DNA of 29,773 nt from Methanobacteriota archaeon. GTDB taxonomy: Archaea > Thermoplasmatota > Poseidoniia > Poseidoniales > Poseidoniaceae. This document shows positions 29,501 to 29,773 of this stretch, in pieces (position 1 is the stretch's first letter; every line of letters begins with the position of its first letter). The DNA lies in NCBI GenBank assembly GCA_011525095.1, contig WTIV01000096.1, positions 1 to 29,773 of the forward strand, in the 5' to 3' direction. The notes below the pieces were generated by a model. That model searched no databases. It was not told the DNA's origin and was given only the letters and a program-made list of their open reading frames with translations. Made by a program: the position numbers and the translations under genes.

Positions 29501-29773
29501 CGGCGGTATTTCTGTCGGTGTTATTCTAGCATTGATTGTTCTGGTTCTAGTTATCTCAAGGGTGAGAGGAAAGGGAGAGGACAAGGATTGGGACGCTGGT
29601 ATCAACTTGGCAGGAGCAGTATCTCAACCTGCTATGCCTAACATGAATGCCCAACCTGCTATGCCAAACATGTACGCCCAACCTGCTATGCCAAACATGA
29701 ATGCTCAGCCTGATTATTCACAATATCAGCAACCTAGTGTTCAACCGGTCGTACAAGCTGCTTCTCCAGATCC
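26532..29773 (+). CDS. Large cell-surface protein: signal peptide + beta-propeller + thrombospondin type-3 Ca-binding repeats + TM + Q/P-rich tail; 3'-truncated
   Basis: Absent from the ORF track because there is no stop before the window end. Manual translation gives [18 protein letters not shown]..., repeated D-x-[YF]-V-x-K-L-D-x2-G-x-W-x-WA blades, 18 DxDxDG motifs and [21 protein letters not shown] at ~29499-29560. Confidence 0.92.
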   Translation, partial: MGKRGFISVMIVAIFLSSIFAVSDYSELSDYKKVLFADSEPELLISAGSATGHVNGSEIEWTPQGIVVAGDTRNNLDFGGIQLQATSGYNPYLDADSYVAMVDEQGNWQWAVMPSATQGLTLINDMTTDLAGDIYIGGLVFGQVVFGSSSNSPVLQSQNFDGFVAKLDASGQWLWATSFSTATNNDSNQSSVTGIEFDPYSGNLIVVGTHQGPTDFGGTTHTSSDNDVFMGSFNTNSGALNAVFTAGGIGDDRSSGVVVDSYGNIWQTGTTSGTFSGNGKTHQALSQADTILVKWSQGGVVQSVKGFVSAAGDINLPEDLTIDSNDDIIVGGVFLGSMDAGNQNTLTDKGNGDAYVVKIANNGQTDWAVSAGSSASTERAYAVEVTSNDDIMVGGLISGSADFGVHYATSNGGLDLYMAKLTANGDWDWVENLGSTTDDLFADLTVNDTDIPYAFGSFQSTINKGTQSVTSSAGLDLVIWSLDPINNADSDNDGVIDLEDNCPNTNNPLQTDSDLDGAGDECDNDDDNDGITDNSGDDCPRGGAWNWTSDSTTDFDNDGCRDSTEDTDDDNDGVEDEDDGCLSSYTPPRNWWTSDSSNDLDGDGCRDADEDSDDDGDGFNDAEDDCNKVSGTSDLGSYTGCVDSDSDGYADLEDSCPQEEGNSTLGGLLACPDSDGDGWANSIDDLPSDATQWSDADGDGYGDNPNGNTPDDCISTPGTSVLDRYGCPDTDNDGYSAADDDWTIEDGADAFPTDNTQWSDWDEDGFGDNYGNLSWIDRSENWPGEYYQYARDQDACPTLAGDSWQEDILGCPDSDSDGWADFMDAFPADPDEYLDSDNDGVADGNDDCPLVNGNSTIDVIGCPDYDGDGWGDPEKGTDWKPIDPTQWADSDSDGYGDNPAGTSPDSCTNETGFSFKGDVLGCIDTDNDGWADIIDAFPEESSQWNDTDEDGFGDNPAGKNADECPEIAGVAKENGCEAIVEESSGSILKYGGISVGVILALIVLVLVISRVRGKGEDKDWDAGINLAGAVSQPAMPNMNAQPAMPNMYAQPAMPNMNAQPDYSQYQQPSVQPVVQAASPD
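27996..29384 (+). repeat. Intragenic TSP3-like repeat array (18 DxDxDG motifs with paired Cys)
   Basis: Counted by manual translation from DSDNDG (27996) to DTDEDG (ending 29384). Confidence 0.85.
29625..29705 (+). repeat. 3 x 27-nt coding tandem repeat (QPAMPNM[N/Y]A)
   Basis: caacctgctatgcctaacatgaatgcc / caacctgctatgccaaacatgtacgcc / caacctgctatgccaaacatgaatgct. Confidence 0.95.

Noticed and set aside
27779-29605. Ser-rich minus-strand ORFs and short alternative-frame ORFs
   Set aside because: They are shadows of the Asp-rich TSP3 repeats in the long plus-strand gene starting at 26532.

Overview
Archaeal genomic DNA, most likely marine Thermoplasmatota (Marine Group II / Ca. Poseidoniales). 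This assignment is inferred from the unsplit rpoB with split rpoA'/rpoA'', GGAGG/GGTGA ribosome-binding sites, very compact gene packing and a large thrombospondin-3-repeat surface protein. Contents left to right: (1) an asnB-like / gshA / saccharopine-dehydrogenase-family / membrane protein / ferredoxin operon; (2) a SAP-domain membrane protein; (3) a minus-strand five-gene respiratory operon made of a Reeler-like exported protein with CxCH, a small membrane protein, a Tat-exported Rieske protein, a cytochrome b6-type PetB carrying the heme-ci Cys, and a 934-aa protein in which subunit IV (PetD, PDWY motif) is fused to an extracellular domain, a 2x[4Fe-4S] domain and two CCG (HdrD/GlpC-like) domains, with no cytochrome c1 present; (4) TPR protein, divergent FtsZ-like protein, membrane protein, Pop5-like protein, and a HemK-type methyltransferase-biotin ligase fusion; (5) tRNA-Lys(UUU) followed by rpoH-rpoB-rpoA'-rpoA''-rpl30e, where RpoH and RpoA'' share a homologous extra N-terminal domain, RpoA' has a ~140-aa Cys4 insert and two clamp zinc sites are degenerate; (6) a 3'-truncated beta-propeller + TSP3-repeat membrane protein that the ORF track misses. 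I saw no CRISPR array, rRNA or mobile element. The best candidates for undescribed biology are the Rieske/cytochrome b complex with a fused cytoplasmic Fe-S/CCG module and the remodelled RNA polymerase. All family assignments come from motif recognition; no searches were run.
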